The notes beneath the pieces were generated by a model that worked only from the letters and a program-made list of their open reading frames with translations, was not told the DNA's origin and ran no database searches. Below are positions 49,941-62,175 of a stretch of 64,000 nucleotides of DNA, piece by piece (the stretch's first letter is position 1; each line of letters opens with the position of its first letter). The translations under genes were made by a program, and so were the position numbers. The stretch comes from an uncultured Planctomycetaceae bacterium (lineage in GTDB: Bacteria > Planctomycetota > Planctomycetia > Planctomycetales > Planctomycetaceae), in assembly GCA_963976765.1 (NCBI GenBank), contig CAXBME010000007.1, positions 186,001-250,000 of the forward strand. Reading direction: 5' to 3'.

Positions 49941-50323
49941 GAGTGGTCGGCGCCTGACAAACAGATAACGTGATCAATGCTGTCTTTTGGTATCGAGCAT
50001 TCGCAAAGCAGACTCAACGATTGTGGCCGGCGGATGCAGCTTCCTCACGACGCTTGCGATCGGCATCGAATTGCTTCAGGTACCTGCCTCGGGATCCAGG
50101 GCGAATCCCCTCCGGACTGGCAGGCTGGCGTCGATTTGCCCGTGTCACTGATGCTGGTTCTGTTCAGAAAATCCGTCCTGAAACGACACCAGCAGACTCA
50201 GCGAGCTGCCTGAATCTGCTGGCGGGGATCGAACGATGAAGTTGGTATCAGCACTGTCTGCGCATCACCAGACACTCACGGCTGATGATGAGTTCTTGCG
50301 TCTCCCCCGCAAACTTTGTCGCG

Positions 50324-52306
50324 TTACTCACTGCGTCGTTTCAGGTAGAGGAAACCGTCTTCGGCTCCGACCAGCAGGTCTCGTTTCTTTGTGCCGAAGA
50401 AGTTGGCGGTTGCCGGGCTGCTGGTATGTCCGGCGAGAGGACGCGAGTCGACAGGGCCGCGGTTGATGAGAACGATTTCGCCATCTTCCTGATTCACGTT
50501 TTCGAGCAGGTCGGCGTTCATGCTGTTCATCAGAAAGTCGAGATCTCCGTCGCCGTCCCAGTCGACGGCATGCAGTTTTACTCGACCGCTGCCGCCTGCT
50601 CGTTTGCCGTTAAGGCGAAGCGGCTCGCCTTTCACGTCGACGAAAATACGCTTGCCTGGCAAGAGTGCGAACGGTGCAGCTGTTCCGTCGCCAGCGGCAT
50701 TGGGGAGTGGTCTGCGTTCGAAGAGTGCGAGATACCCCTCGTGGTCGAGCATGACGAGATCGTTGAGTTTGTCGCCATTCACATCGACGACGACCGGCGT
50801 CGTTCGCCACTGAGTTGCCAGTTGCCTGCCGTCCGGCTCCCACCAGGTCCATTCGGGCTTTGGCGTTTTGCCTGGCCACTGAACCTCGACGTTCTGTGCC
50901 GCCGCCAGTTTCGGCTCAGTCTTCGATCCGATGTTCCGATACCACAACACCTTGCCCCAGATCGAATTCAGCATGACGTCGAGCAAGCCGTCGTGATCCC
51001 AGTCGGCGACGGTAAACGTTGTGTACCCCCACTTTGCCTCGCACGGTCCCTGAATCGATCCGCTTGGTCCGGCGAGAATTCGAATAACCTTGTCGCCGCC
51101 TTTGAGATTTTCCGGAGCCGCCCAGCGCGGCATGTCGCTGCCTTCAGGAATGCCGAGATTTTCATAGAACACGACGTAGCCAGCGGTGTTCCCGCTCAGA
51201 ATGTCTTCGTCGCCGTCGCCATCCCAGTCGACGCAGTACGGAGTTGCCAGGGCTCCGCACTTGATGCTGTCAGCAACCTGTTTGAAGTACGACGGCGATC
51301 GAAAAACTGGAAGACCGTCCTTAAATGCTCCTGTGTTCTCGATCAGCGCGACGCGACCATCCTCGTCGCCGCAAACCAGATCGACATCCCCGTCGCGGTC
51401 CCAGTCGATCGCCGACGGGACGATCATCTCCAGATCCATTTTCAGTAATCCGCTGCCGTCCGTGGAGTTGGCGTCTTTCAGAAATCTTCCGGCGGCGTAC
51501 TCTGGCTTCGTTCGAGTCCCCACGTTTTCGAAGTAGGTAAATCGGTCGATGAATTCTCCGCAAAGCAGATCAAGATCTCCGTCACCATCGAAATCGGCAA
51601 AGCTGGGCGATGGCCATCCGAAGACTTCCAGATCTTTGCCATCGGCCAGCACCTGTTTTGGAGCCGGCGCGGGAGTCTTCCCATCGTCAGCCTCGCCAGC
51701 GTCGGGGAACCAGTAGATCAGGCCGCGCAGCGGACCGTTTTCCCACTTGCCGTGCGAATCCCATGCGTCGTCCCAGCCGTAGTCGAGCCAGTCGCCAATC
51801 CCCGCAACGATGTCGAGTTTTCCGTTTCCGTCGTAGTCAACCAGGTGCCACTGGTTAGCGCGAAGCTTTCGCTGTTTCGGATGCTTCTTCAGAAAGTCGC
51901 CAGGCACCGGCAGCCTTCGCGTCTGGTCAAACTGTTTGTTCTGAAAATCCAAAAACTCCACACCGGGAATCAGAACGCGAGGCTTGTCGTCGACCCAGGA
52001 CACTCGAATGTTCGTGTGACCTCGACCGATTTTTACACCCGGCTTGAAAATCGGGGACGCGACGTTGCCCTCGGTGTTTTCAAAAAAGTACGTTCCATTC
52101 GATGGTTTGTCCGGGCACGATACGATCAGGTCGAAGTCTCCGTCGCCGTCATAATCCATCGGTAGCGGCCAGGCCCAAAGCCCGACTCCAAGGTCAACGA
52201 CCAGGCCTGGATTGTTGTATTTAAGAGGCTGCAACCCGTCGGCAGCCACTAAGTTTGCGGCGGCCAGTAGCGTCGTCAACAGAGCCGGAATGAAGTGTCG
52301 AGTCAT
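50324..52306 (-). CDS. Secreted FG-GAP/VCBS repeat protein
   Basis: Signal peptide; eight DxDGDGxxD-type Ca-binding motifs plus one degenerate copy. Confidence 0.92.
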   Translation of the reverse strand: MTRHFIPALLTTLLAAANLVAADGLQPLKYNNPGLVVDLGVGLWAWPLPMDYDGDGDFDLIVSCPDKPSNGTYFFENTEGNVASPIFKPGVKIGRGHTNIRVSWVDDKPRVLIPGVEFLDFQNKQFDQTRRLPVPGDFLKKHPKQRKLRANQWHLVDYDGNGKLDIVAGIGDWLDYGWDDAWDSHGKWENGPLRGLIYWFPDAGEADDGKTPAPAPKQVLADGKDLEVFGWPSPSFADFDGDGDLDLLCGEFIDRFTYFENVGTRTKPEYAAGRFLKDANSTDGSGLLKMDLEMIVPSAIDWDRDGDVDLVCGDEDGRVALIENTGAFKDGLPVFRSPSYFKQVADSIKCGALATPYCVDWDGDGDEDILSGNTAGYVVFYENLGIPEGSDMPRWAAPENLKGGDKVIRILAGPSGSIQGPCEAKWGYTTFTVADWDHDGLLDVMLNSIWGKVLWYRNIGSKTEPKLAAAQNVEVQWPGKTPKPEWTWWEPDGRQLATQWRTTPVVVDVNGDKLNDLVMLDHEGYLALFERRPLPNAAGDGTAAPFALLPGKRIFVDVKGEPLRLNGKRAGGSGRVKLHAVDWDGDGDLDFLMNSMNADLLENVNQEDGEIVLINRGPVDSRPLAGHTSSPATANFFGTKKRDLLVGAEDGFLYLKRRSE

Positions 52307-52447
52307 GCGATGGGATCCTTATCAGGAACGATTCGCTGGTGTGTTATTGGCGGATATTCAGAAGCAGCAGCATCCGACGGCATGGTAAGCTCTACACTTT
52401 TCCGATGCCGTCCCGCCATTCGAACTGGTGACTGTAGGTAACCTGCC

Positions 52448-52828
52448 ATGAGAAATCACGAGATTGCCATGTTGACGTTCGCTCGCCTGGCGAGAATTTC
52501 TCATGAGACACCGAATCCCGCAGGCCGCGACCGCTTTCTGGTGCTTACCGGGCGCGAAGCCTGCCTGGCTGGCTGGCTGGAAGTTGCCGAACGCTGCCGG
52601 GACCTCGTGCTGGCGGGGAATGCCCACCACTTTTTGAGTCATTCGGAGACTTTCCCGGACGCCATTCGGGAGCCGTCGAACGCAGGCTATTTTTCCACGT
52701 TCGACAGCTTCTGCTCGTTTGAGCAGGCCGAACACCTGCTCTCACAGAATGGCGAGCTAATCGAGGAACTTCCGGACGCGGCTGGCCAGGCCGCTCTCCA
52801 GGAACTTGCCGCTCTGGACTCCCGGTAG
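52448..52828 (+). CDS. Hypothetical protein
   Basis: Protein-like 126-aa ORF (RDRFLVLTG..AC, FEQAEHLL) filling an otherwise empty gap. Confidence 0.7.
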   Translation: MRNHEIAMLTFARLARISHETPNPAGRDRFLVLTGREACLAGWLEVAERCRDLVLAGNAHHFLSHSETFPDAIREPSNAGYFSTFDSFCSFEQAEHLLSQNGELIEELPDAAGQAALQELAALDSR

Positions 52829-53117
52829 GTCAGACAGCGTCGGACCTACGGAAATAATTCCTGTGGCTGGGAAGTTTTCGTCAGCTTCGCGGGAACGATT
52901 CTCTCTCAACCTTGCCGCAACTCGCTTTCCGAACAACAATGTCGGCAGTCGTTCGAGAAATCGGGGTCTGAGTTCAGACGAGCCACAAATCTGGACGATC
53001 ATTAAGAATAAGTCCGCCACGTGGAGCGCAGTTCTGTCTGGCGTGGCACTCGCTGATTCTTACTAAGTGTTTGAAATTAAAGAAGTTCCAGAAGATTTAA
53101 TCGACTGAGTAACTCAA

Positions 53118-53504
53118 ATGGCAAAAGCAAAAAAGCTGCCCAAACAGGTCGCAATTATCAACGCAGATAACTGCACAGGATGCGAATCCTGCCTCGAGGT
53201 TTGTCCAGTTGACTGCATCTACAAGGTGCCGGGCGATTCGCTTCCGACGCTGCTGCATTTTTGTGAGATCGACGTTGAGCGATGCGTGGGTTGCGAGGTC
53301 TGCGTCCACATCCCCAGCAAGAAGTCCGATCCCTACGAACTGGTGGTCTGCCCGTGGGATGCGATCGAAATGGTTCCTACCATCGAAGTCGGCTGGCAGG
53401 TGGCAGAAAAAGGCGGACCGGAGGACTATATCGCTGAGAATTGGGAGCGTCTCGTCGAGCCTGCCATCCGTATGTCGGAACTCGCCGCCGCGAACGCCAA
53501 ATAG
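53118..53504 (+). CDS. 2x[4Fe-4S] ferredoxin-like protein
   Basis: CTGCESCLEVCP and CVGCEVC-x15-CP. Confidence 0.9.
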   Translation: MAKAKKLPKQVAIINADNCTGCESCLEVCPVDCIYKVPGDSLPTLLHFCEIDVERCVGCEVCVHIPSKKSDPYELVVCPWDAIEMVPTIEVGWQVAEKGGPEDYIAENWERLVEPAIRMSELAAANAK

Positions 53505-53531
53505 GTTCTCGCTGAGTTCACAAAACCAGAC

Positions 53532-53564
53532 AAAGCCTCGTCCGGATCGGTCGAGGCTTTTTTT
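53532..53564 (+). terminator. Intrinsic terminator
   Basis: AAAGCCTCG...CGAGGCTTT with a T7 tail, between convergent genes. Confidence 0.85.
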
Positions 53565-53590
53565 GTGTTCTCCAGCAAAGCCGATGAGAA

Positions 53591-54910
53591 TCAGAAAACC
53601 GAAAGCAGCAGAATCTGAGCGGTTCGGATCAGGCCGACACGTTCTTCCGGAGTGACTTCGCCACGCTCCAGAATCTGCCGCGTTTGAACTTCGGCCTGCG
53701 TGACAATGAACTGCTGAAATGTGTTGAGGTCTCCGTTCCGCCCGGCTTCCAGCAGCAGCTCGGAAATTCGATGCACGGCGCGAACCTCTTCCAGTTGAGG
53801 GGTAATCTCTTGAATCCATTCAGGCGGCGTTTCTGAATCGGCGACGCTTTTTGTCACGCGGTAGACGAGGCTCGACACGGCGGCGACCTGCTTGTAGTTG
53901 ATTTTTTCAGCAGTGTCGGTCGGTTTGTGATAATCAGGATGCTCGCCCGTTGAGAAAAACAGAAATGGAACTTTGCGATCTCGGAACGGTCCGTAATCAC
54001 TGCGCGTGCCAATCAGGTCGATGCCCATCCGAGCGATGTTGAATCCCTCCGGCTCGCCGACTTCATTCAGCGTGGCCGGGAGCGTGGATCCATGCTCGCT
54101 GCCCATGACAAAGGCCGTTGAAATGGGCAGGTTGCCCAGCGAGCGTCCGATCATGTCGGCTGTAATGAAAAGTTTGATCTGCTCCATTTTCCACGGCGCG
54201 TGCGACGCAAACCACCGCGACCCCCACAGCATGTGTTCTTCCAGGTCGAACGCCAGGAAGACCATGCTGCGAGCCGGTCGGTGCTCCAGAGACGCGAACT
54301 TGCGAGCGACCTCCAGCACCATTGACGTTCCGCTGGCATTGTCATCTGCGCCGTGGAAGATGTTGCCTTCGCGCATTCCGAGGTGGTCGTAGTGCGCGCT
54401 GACGATGATGAATTCGTCCCGAAGTTTCAGATCGCTGCCGGGCAGCCATGCTCCGACGTTCTGACCATAGATCGTCTTCCGTCCGTCTTCGCGAGGTGGT
54501 CCGGGAATCGCCTGAAGGAATTCGCCATCAAACAGAGGCAGCAGGTTCAGTTTGCGAAAATGATCCTCGATGTAGCGAGCGGCGGCCTGTCCCCACACGC
54601 CACTTCGTCCACGCAGGTCGTCACTGGCGAGATACTCAATGTGAGTCCGCACGTCGTTCGGCTTGAACTCGGGGACAAAGGAAACTTTCTTCACCTGTGA
54701 AAGCTGGTGACTGTCGGCTGAGGTCGCTTCAGTGTTTTCGGCCATTGCGGTTTCGCCGGTCTGCTGAACGTTGACCTGTTTGATCTCGTCCTGCCCGAAA
54801 GCGACCTGTTGGCCAGAGTCGACAATGCAGAACGCCAGTAGCAATGCCACTGTCAGCATGAAACTTTGTCGCGGCCACGAGCGGCACAAATGAAGCAGGC
54901 TTTGCGGCAT
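53591..54910 (-). CDS. M28 family Zn peptidase, exported
   Basis: SAHYDHLG, GADDNASG, DLEE, DMIG, SDY, DYHKPTDT; signal peptide from MPQSLL. Confidence 0.92.
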   Translation of the reverse strand: MPQSLLHLCRSWPRQSFMLTVALLLAFCIVDSGQQVAFGQDEIKQVNVQQTGETAMAENTEATSADSHQLSQVKKVSFVPEFKPNDVRTHIEYLASDDLRGRSGVWGQAAARYIEDHFRKLNLLPLFDGEFLQAIPGPPREDGRKTIYGQNVGAWLPGSDLKLRDEFIIVSAHYDHLGMREGNIFHGADDNASGTSMVLEVARKFASLEHRPARSMVFLAFDLEEHMLWGSRWFASHAPWKMEQIKLFITADMIGRSLGNLPISTAFVMGSEHGSTLPATLNEVGEPEGFNIARMGIDLIGTRSDYGPFRDRKVPFLFFSTGEHPDYHKPTDTAEKINYKQVAAVSSLVYRVTKSVADSETPPEWIQEITPQLEEVRAVHRISELLLEAGRNGDLNTFQQFIVTQAEVQTRQILERGEVTPEERVGLIRTAQILLLSVF

Positions 54911-55100
54911 GACGATCCCTCGTCTGAAATGACAGGCGGACTCTGAATACGAAATAGCGATGATAAGCGACTTGCCAGGCATTCCGAACACCAGAGTCAA
55001 TGTCCCGGTCTCTTGCTCAATAAGTTTCAATGACCCACGATGAGGAGCGTTTGGGGTGAGACACGACAGGAATCCCAATCCGTGAAATGAGAGAAGGCAA

Positions 55101-57908
55101 ATGACACGACGATGGTGCTTAAGCTGCATGGTGCTGCTGGCAACTGCTGCGTTCATGATCGGGGCGACGGTCGGCGCTGAAGATGCCGCGGACAGAAAAC
55201 TCGTGGCGGCAGCGTCGCGACAAGTCGATTTTGACGCGGACGTCCTGCCGATCTTTAACGACCGCTGCGTTGACTGCCACGGCTCGGAAGATCCCGAAGC
55301 AGGATTCCGCATCCTTTCCCGCCGTTCGCTTCTGCGCGGCGGCGACAGTGGTGAACCTGCCATTGTCCCGTCGAAGAGTGACACCAGTTTTCTGGTCAAA
55401 GTTGTCGCCGGCCTGGATCCTCATCTGAAGATGCCGCCGGAAGGGCCGCGACTGACCGATCAGCAGATTGCTGTTCTACGAGCGTGGATTGACCAGGGCC
55501 TGAAGATGCCCGAAGGCGACACAACCGACGACGGCACGACGGATCACTGGTCGTTTCAACCGGTCCGCAATGCTGAGCATCCACGTCTCGATGGCGAGTT
55601 TACCGCATCAGCAATCGACGCGTTCATCCTGAAGAAACTGCGTGAGCAGCAGCTCGAACCGTCGCCTCGAGCCGATCGTCGCACACTGATCCGCCGATTG
55701 TTTCTGGTGATGCTCGGTCTGCCGCCGACTCCGGAGCAGGTTGCCGATTTCGTCTATGACGATTCACCGGACGCCTGGAAGGATCTCGTCGAACAGGTGC
55801 TTGACAGTCCTCATTACGGCGAGCGATGGGCTCGGCACTGGCTCGACCTGATTCGATTTGGAGAGACGCACGGTTTCGAAACGAACCGCGAACGACCGAA
55901 TGCCTGGCCCTACCGTGACTGGGTGATTGACGCCCTGAACTCAGACAAACCTTACGATGACTTCGTCCGTCAGCAGATCGCTGGGGACGCGTTCGGAGAA
56001 CCTGTCGGCACTGGTTTTCTGGTGGCCGGCCCGCACGACATCGTGAAGGGACGAGACCCCAATCTCACGCTCATGCAAAGGCAGGACGAACTTTCCGACA
56101 TGATCAACGCGACGTCGACGGCGTTTCTGGGGATGACGATCGGATGCGCGCGCTGTCACAACCATAAGTTCGACCCGATCACGCAGCGGGATTTCTACGC
56201 CGTGCAGGCTGTCTTTGCCGGGGTCCAGCACGCCGATCGGAAGTTGCCGGTCTCATCGGAGCGACAGACAGAGCTTGCTGCCGTCCAGCAAAGGATTCAG
56301 AAGCTGCGCGAACATCTTGCGGAGTTCATTCCAGAGTCGACGCCGGGCCTGCGCGATGCGGTCACCGCAAAGCACAATGTTGATTCCTTCGAAGCAGTCG
56401 AAGCGAAGTTTGTGCGGTTCACCATTCTGAAGACCAATTCCTCGCAGCCGTGTATCGACGAGCTGGAAGTTTTTTCTGAAAAGACAAACGTCGCTCTCGC
56501 CAGCACAGGAGCGATTGCCACCTGCTCAAGTTCGCTGCCAGGTTATGAAATCCACAAGCTCGAACATATCAACGACGGAGTTTATGGGAACAAACGAAGC
56601 TGGATTTCCAATGAGTCGGGTGCTGGCTGGGTGCAGATTGAGTTTCCGAAGCCGACCATGATCAACCGTGTTGAATGGGCCAGAGACCGGGAGGGCCGGT
56701 ACAGCGACCGTGTCGCGACGGAGTACCGAATCGAAGTGGCGACCTCGCTCGATAAGTGGGAGACCGTTGCCTCGTCGAAAGATCGGCAGGCGTTTGGCCA
56801 GGCCAGACAGGCAGAGCCCGAATACGACTTTGACAATTCAACAGAAGATCGCGCCGCGTTGGGACGTCAATGGCTGGCCAGTCTGAAGACCAGTCAGAAG
56901 AAAGAAGCCGAACTGTCGATTGTCCCCACCGTTTATGCCGGCACGTTCAGCCAGCCGGGACCGACGCACCGACTTTATCGCGGAGACCACAATGCAAAAC
57001 GGGAAGTGGTCGGTCCGGATTCGATTGAGGCGCTCGGTTCACTGGCTTTGACTGAAAATGCGGCCGAGCAGCAACGCCGCATCGCCTTCGCCGAGTGGAT
57101 TGTAAATCCAGAAAACCCTCTGACGGCCAGAGTCATCGCCAATCGGTTGTGGCAGTTTCACTTTGGCACTGGAATCGTCGACACGCCGAGCGACTTCGGA
57201 GCGAACGGGACGTTGCCCACGCATCCCGAACTGCTCGACTGGCTGGCTCGCGATTTGATGAAAAACGGCTGGTCGCTGAAACATCTCCATCGACGGATTC
57301 TAATGTCGAACACGTGGCAGCAGGACAGCAGCCCGAATCGTGAATCACTCAAAGTCGACGGTGCGACGCGCTTGCTCTGGCGATTTCCACCCAGACGGAT
57401 CGAAGCGGAAGTTATCCGCGACAGCATTCTGGTGGTCACGGGGAAGCTTGACACGAAAATGGGTGGTCCGGGATTCAGCGGATTTGAAGTCGAAATGGAA
57501 AATGTTCGCCATTTTCACCCCAAGTCGACGTACGGCCCGGAAGACTTTCGCCGCATGATCTACATGACGAAAATTCGACAGGAGCAGGAGTCCGTATTTG
57601 GATCCTTCGACTGCCCGGACGCGAGTCAGGTCACGCCGCAACGCAGTCGCTCAACAACGCCGCTACAGGCGTTGAACCTGTTGAACAGCTCGTTTGTGAC
57701 GGAGCAGGCCGAGTTCTTCGCTCAGCGACTGATCAGCGAAGCTCCAGAGTCGACCGGCGAAAAAGTTGGCACGGCTTTCAAACTTTGCTTCGGGCGACGA
57801 CCGACCGACGCCGAACTGGCGGACTCAACGGCGTTCATTGAGCAGGTCGGGATGACTCAGTTCTGTCGAGCGATGCTCAACGCGAACGAGTTTGTTTTCG
57901 TTCCATGA
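55101..57908 (+). CDS. Planctomycete cytochrome c + DUF1549 + discoidin/F5-8-like insert + DUF1553 protein
   Basis: CVDCHG, YGERWARHWLD, CARCHNHKFDP, NVALAS...INDG...SW...WVQIEF insert, HPELLDWLA. Confidence 0.92.
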   Translation: MTRRWCLSCMVLLATAAFMIGATVGAEDAADRKLVAAASRQVDFDADVLPIFNDRCVDCHGSEDPEAGFRILSRRSLLRGGDSGEPAIVPSKSDTSFLVKVVAGLDPHLKMPPEGPRLTDQQIAVLRAWIDQGLKMPEGDTTDDGTTDHWSFQPVRNAEHPRLDGEFTASAIDAFILKKLREQQLEPSPRADRRTLIRRLFLVMLGLPPTPEQVADFVYDDSPDAWKDLVEQVLDSPHYGERWARHWLDLIRFGETHGFETNRERPNAWPYRDWVIDALNSDKPYDDFVRQQIAGDAFGEPVGTGFLVAGPHDIVKGRDPNLTLMQRQDELSDMINATSTAFLGMTIGCARCHNHKFDPITQRDFYAVQAVFAGVQHADRKLPVSSERQTELAAVQQRIQKLREHLAEFIPESTPGLRDAVTAKHNVDSFEAVEAKFVRFTILKTNSSQPCIDELEVFSEKTNVALASTGAIATCSSSLPGYEIHKLEHINDGVYGNKRSWISNESGAGWVQIEFPKPTMINRVEWARDREGRYSDRVATEYRIEVATSLDKWETVASSKDRQAFGQARQAEPEYDFDNSTEDRAALGRQWLASLKTSQKKEAELSIVPTVYAGTFSQPGPTHRLYRGDHNAKREVVGPDSIEALGSLALTENAAEQQRRIAFAEWIVNPENPLTARVIANRLWQFHFGTGIVDTPSDFGANGTLPTHPELLDWLARDLMKNGWSLKHLHRRILMSNTWQQDSSPNRESLKVDGATRLLWRFPPRRIEAEVIRDSILVVTGKLDTKMGGPGFSGFEVEMENVRHFHPKSTYGPEDFRRMIYMTKIRQEQESVFGSFDCPDASQVTPQRSRSTTPLQALNLLNSSFVTEQAEFFAQRLISEAPESTGEKVGTAFKLCFGRRPTDAELADSTAFIEQVGMTQFCRAMLNANEFVFVP

Positions 57909-57953
57909 GAGCCCAGACCTGCTGAATGAATTTTCGCGCCGTGACGACGGACA

Positions 57954-59663
<1,710 letters not shown>

Positions 59664-59871
59664 CTCGTTTGTCTACTCCGTTTATCACGTGGCTTGTTGG
59701 CCGCAATTATTCTGTCAGTGAGTGCTGCTTCAACGGAATCAGCGTCACCAGAATGAATGACACGATTTCCGCAGAAATGATCGGTGGATTGTAGTGGCAC
59801 TCGACAAAGTGCGAAATCCGTACCTGGTACGCCAACAGCGGCAGTACACCGATCGGTAATATGGTCGCAGA

Positions 59872-60783
59872 TCAGCGCTGATCTGTGCCCATATTCTGCG
59901 TTCGGTCGACCAGGTACTGAGTCAGTGCGTCCTGCCATGCCGGCATTGAGCGCCCGATTGCCACTTCAAGTTTCTCGCAGTTCAAAACGCTGTACGAAGG
60001 GCGAGCGGCTCTGGCTCCAAATTCAGCCGTCGTGATCGGGCTCAGTTTGACGTTGATGCCTGCCTGTCGAAAAATCTCAGCGGCAAGGTCGTGCCAGGTC
60101 GTCGCGCCGGAATTCGTGACGTGGTACAGGCCGAATTTGCTGGTTTCAATCAGTTCGGCGGTGGCGGCAGCGAGATCACGAGTCGCTGTCGGCGTGCAGT
60201 GCTGGTCGTTGACGACCGACAGTTCGTCCCGTTCCTGGCCGAGCCGCAGCATCGTCTCGACGAAGTTTCCTTTACCCGCTCCCTGCGTTGCCGCAACGCC
60301 GTAAAGTCCGCAGGTTCTGATGACAAAACTGCGGCGACAGATGGCTCGAACAAGGTTTTCGCCCGAAAACTTGCTCGCCGCGTAAACGGAGCGGGGGGTT
60401 GCGAGGTCTGATTCTCTTCGGGGGTTCGACGGCGCTGGTTCGGTTTGCTGATTTGTCGAGCAGTCTTCGCCGTCACCGAAAACGTAGTCGGTGCTGAAGT
60501 GGACCAGCGTCGCGCCGTTGTCTTCGCACCAGCGAGCCAGCCGGGCCGGGCCCAGAGCGTTGACTGTCATGGCCTCGTCGATCGCGTCTTCGGCCTTGTC
60601 GACCAGGTTGTACGCCGCCGTGTTGATGACAACTTTCGGACGAATTCGATCCAGGCAGGTATGGACACTGTCCGGATCTGTCAGTTCCATTTCAGAGTGG
60701 CGAATCGGGACGACGTCGCCACTGAGAAACTTTGGAAGATCTGTTCCAAGTTGGCCTGAAGCACCAATCACTGCCGTGGTCAT
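59872..60783 (-). CDS. rfbD: dTDP-4-dehydrorhamnose reductase
   Basis: GASGQLG, AAYNLVDKAE, STDYVF, YAASK, VNDQHCTPT, RPSYS. Confidence 0.94.
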   Translation of the reverse strand: MTTAVIGASGQLGTDLPKFLSGDVVPIRHSEMELTDPDSVHTCLDRIRPKVVINTAAYNLVDKAEDAIDEAMTVNALGPARLARWCEDNGATLVHFSTDYVFGDGEDCSTNQQTEPAPSNPRRESDLATPRSVYAASKFSGENLVRAICRRSFVIRTCGLYGVAATQGAGKGNFVETMLRLGQERDELSVVNDQHCTPTATRDLAAATAELIETSKFGLYHVTNSGATTWHDLAAEIFRQAGINVKLSPITTAEFGARAARPSYSVLNCEKLEVAIGRSMPAWQDALTQYLVDRTQNMGTDQR

Positions 60784-61141
60784 AGTCGTAGTCCGCGTCA
60801 ATTGGTCCAGAGTCGTAATTCAGGTGCAAGCCGTGCGTAAACTGGCTTTGTCGGCGAGTTCGTTGTTCGTGCCGGTTGGACCGGATGCAGGGGCTCTGAA
60901 ACTGTGAAATGGTCGAGCTGGACAGAATCTATCGGTTCCGCTCGTCGGCCACCACGCGACCTTGCCAATCGGTGACATTCCATGCTTTTGCTCGGCCACC
61001 TGTCGGTATAAAGTGGGCCGGGTTATTGGTTTTGATGTTTTGATATCGTTTGTTTCGCGGAACGTTTTCTGTCCGCCTGTTTGTGAATCACAGATTTGTG
61101 TACGGCTAGAGTCCGTGCATGGCAACAGGGTTTAAACCACT

Positions 61142-62113
61142 ATGAGCGAATCGTTTGCGACATTTGGTCTGCTGGCTGCTGAAGGTACCGGCGGAACTCC
61201 AGCCTGGCAGTGGATGGCGACTGGAGGAACGGTTATTGCCATTTTTGCAGCGTTGCTGGGAGTGAGCTACGGCTCGCGAACCGGCGTCATTGCTCGAGCC
61301 ACGACCAAAGAAGCGGTGCGACAGCCGCTGTTTCTGCTGATGCTTCTGATTGGGATCCTGCTGATCGTCGTCAATACTTTCCTGCCGTTCTTCTCCCTGG
61401 GGGAAGATATCAAAATGCTGAAAGACTGCGGTCTGGCGACGATTCTGATCAGCGGATTGCTGCTGGCCATCTGGACGTCGAGTACCAGCATTGCGAGCGA
61501 AATTGAAGGAAAGACGGCGATGACGCTGCTTTCCAAACCGATCACCCGCCGCCAGTTCGTTGTCGGAAAGTACATCGGAATTCTGCAGGGTGTGTTGATG
61601 CTGATCGTTCCGCTGATGGTCATTTTTTCGGCGTTCATCTTCTACAAAGTTGGATACGACGCTCGCGAATCCGGCGGTGAAATTCCTGGCATGTTGCAGG
61701 AAGGCACCTTCATGCCGAATGCGGAACGAGCAATGGCTGTGCTGCAGGTGCTGCCTGGGTTTGCTCTGATCTTCCTGGAAATTGCGGTGCTGACAGCGGT
61801 CAGCGTTGCCATTTCAACTCGAATGCCAATGGTCGTGAACATTGTGACGTCGCTGGCGATCTTCGTCGTCGGGCACATCACCCCCGTGCTCGTCCAGTCG
61901 GGCGCGATCAAGATCGAAATCGTCGACTTCATGGCGAAACTCATCGCGACAATTCTGCCCAACCTGGACTTCTTCAACATGTCCGCCGCTGTCGCGACCG
62001 GACAGTTAATTCCCCCCAGTTATCTGCTGGCCGCTCTGGCCTACTCGATTGTCTACGGCGGAGCCGCAATTCTCCTTTCATTCATCCTTTTTGAAGACCG
62101 GGATCTTGCCTGA
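61142..62113 (+). CDS. ABC-2 type transporter permease
   Basis: [30 protein letters not shown]-terminal FEDRDLA, multiple TM segments. Confidence 0.88.
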   Translation: MSESFATFGLLAAEGTGGTPAWQWMATGGTVIAIFAALLGVSYGSRTGVIARATTKEAVRQPLFLLMLLIGILLIVVNTFLPFFSLGEDIKMLKDCGLATILISGLLLAIWTSSTSIASEIEGKTAMTLLSKPITRRQFVVGKYIGILQGVLMLIVPLMVIFSAFIFYKVGYDARESGGEIPGMLQEGTFMPNAERAMAVLQVLPGFALIFLEIAVLTAVSVAISTRMPMVVNIVTSLAIFVVGHITPVLVQSGAIKIEIVDFMAKLIATILPNLDFFNMSAAVATGQLIPPSYLLAALAYSIVYGGAAILLSFILFEDRDLA

Positions 62114-62175
62114 GCAGACAGCCTGGTTGTTGGTTGCCTGACAATCGTGCTTTGCACGCGGCTGCCTGAAACCGG

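Noticed and set aside
50285..51448. 387-aa plus-strand ORF
   Set aside because: Shadow of the FG-GAP gene
54911..55399. N-terminal extension of the M28 ORF
   Set aside because: Overlaps the divergent gene starting at 55101; a signal peptide begins at 54910
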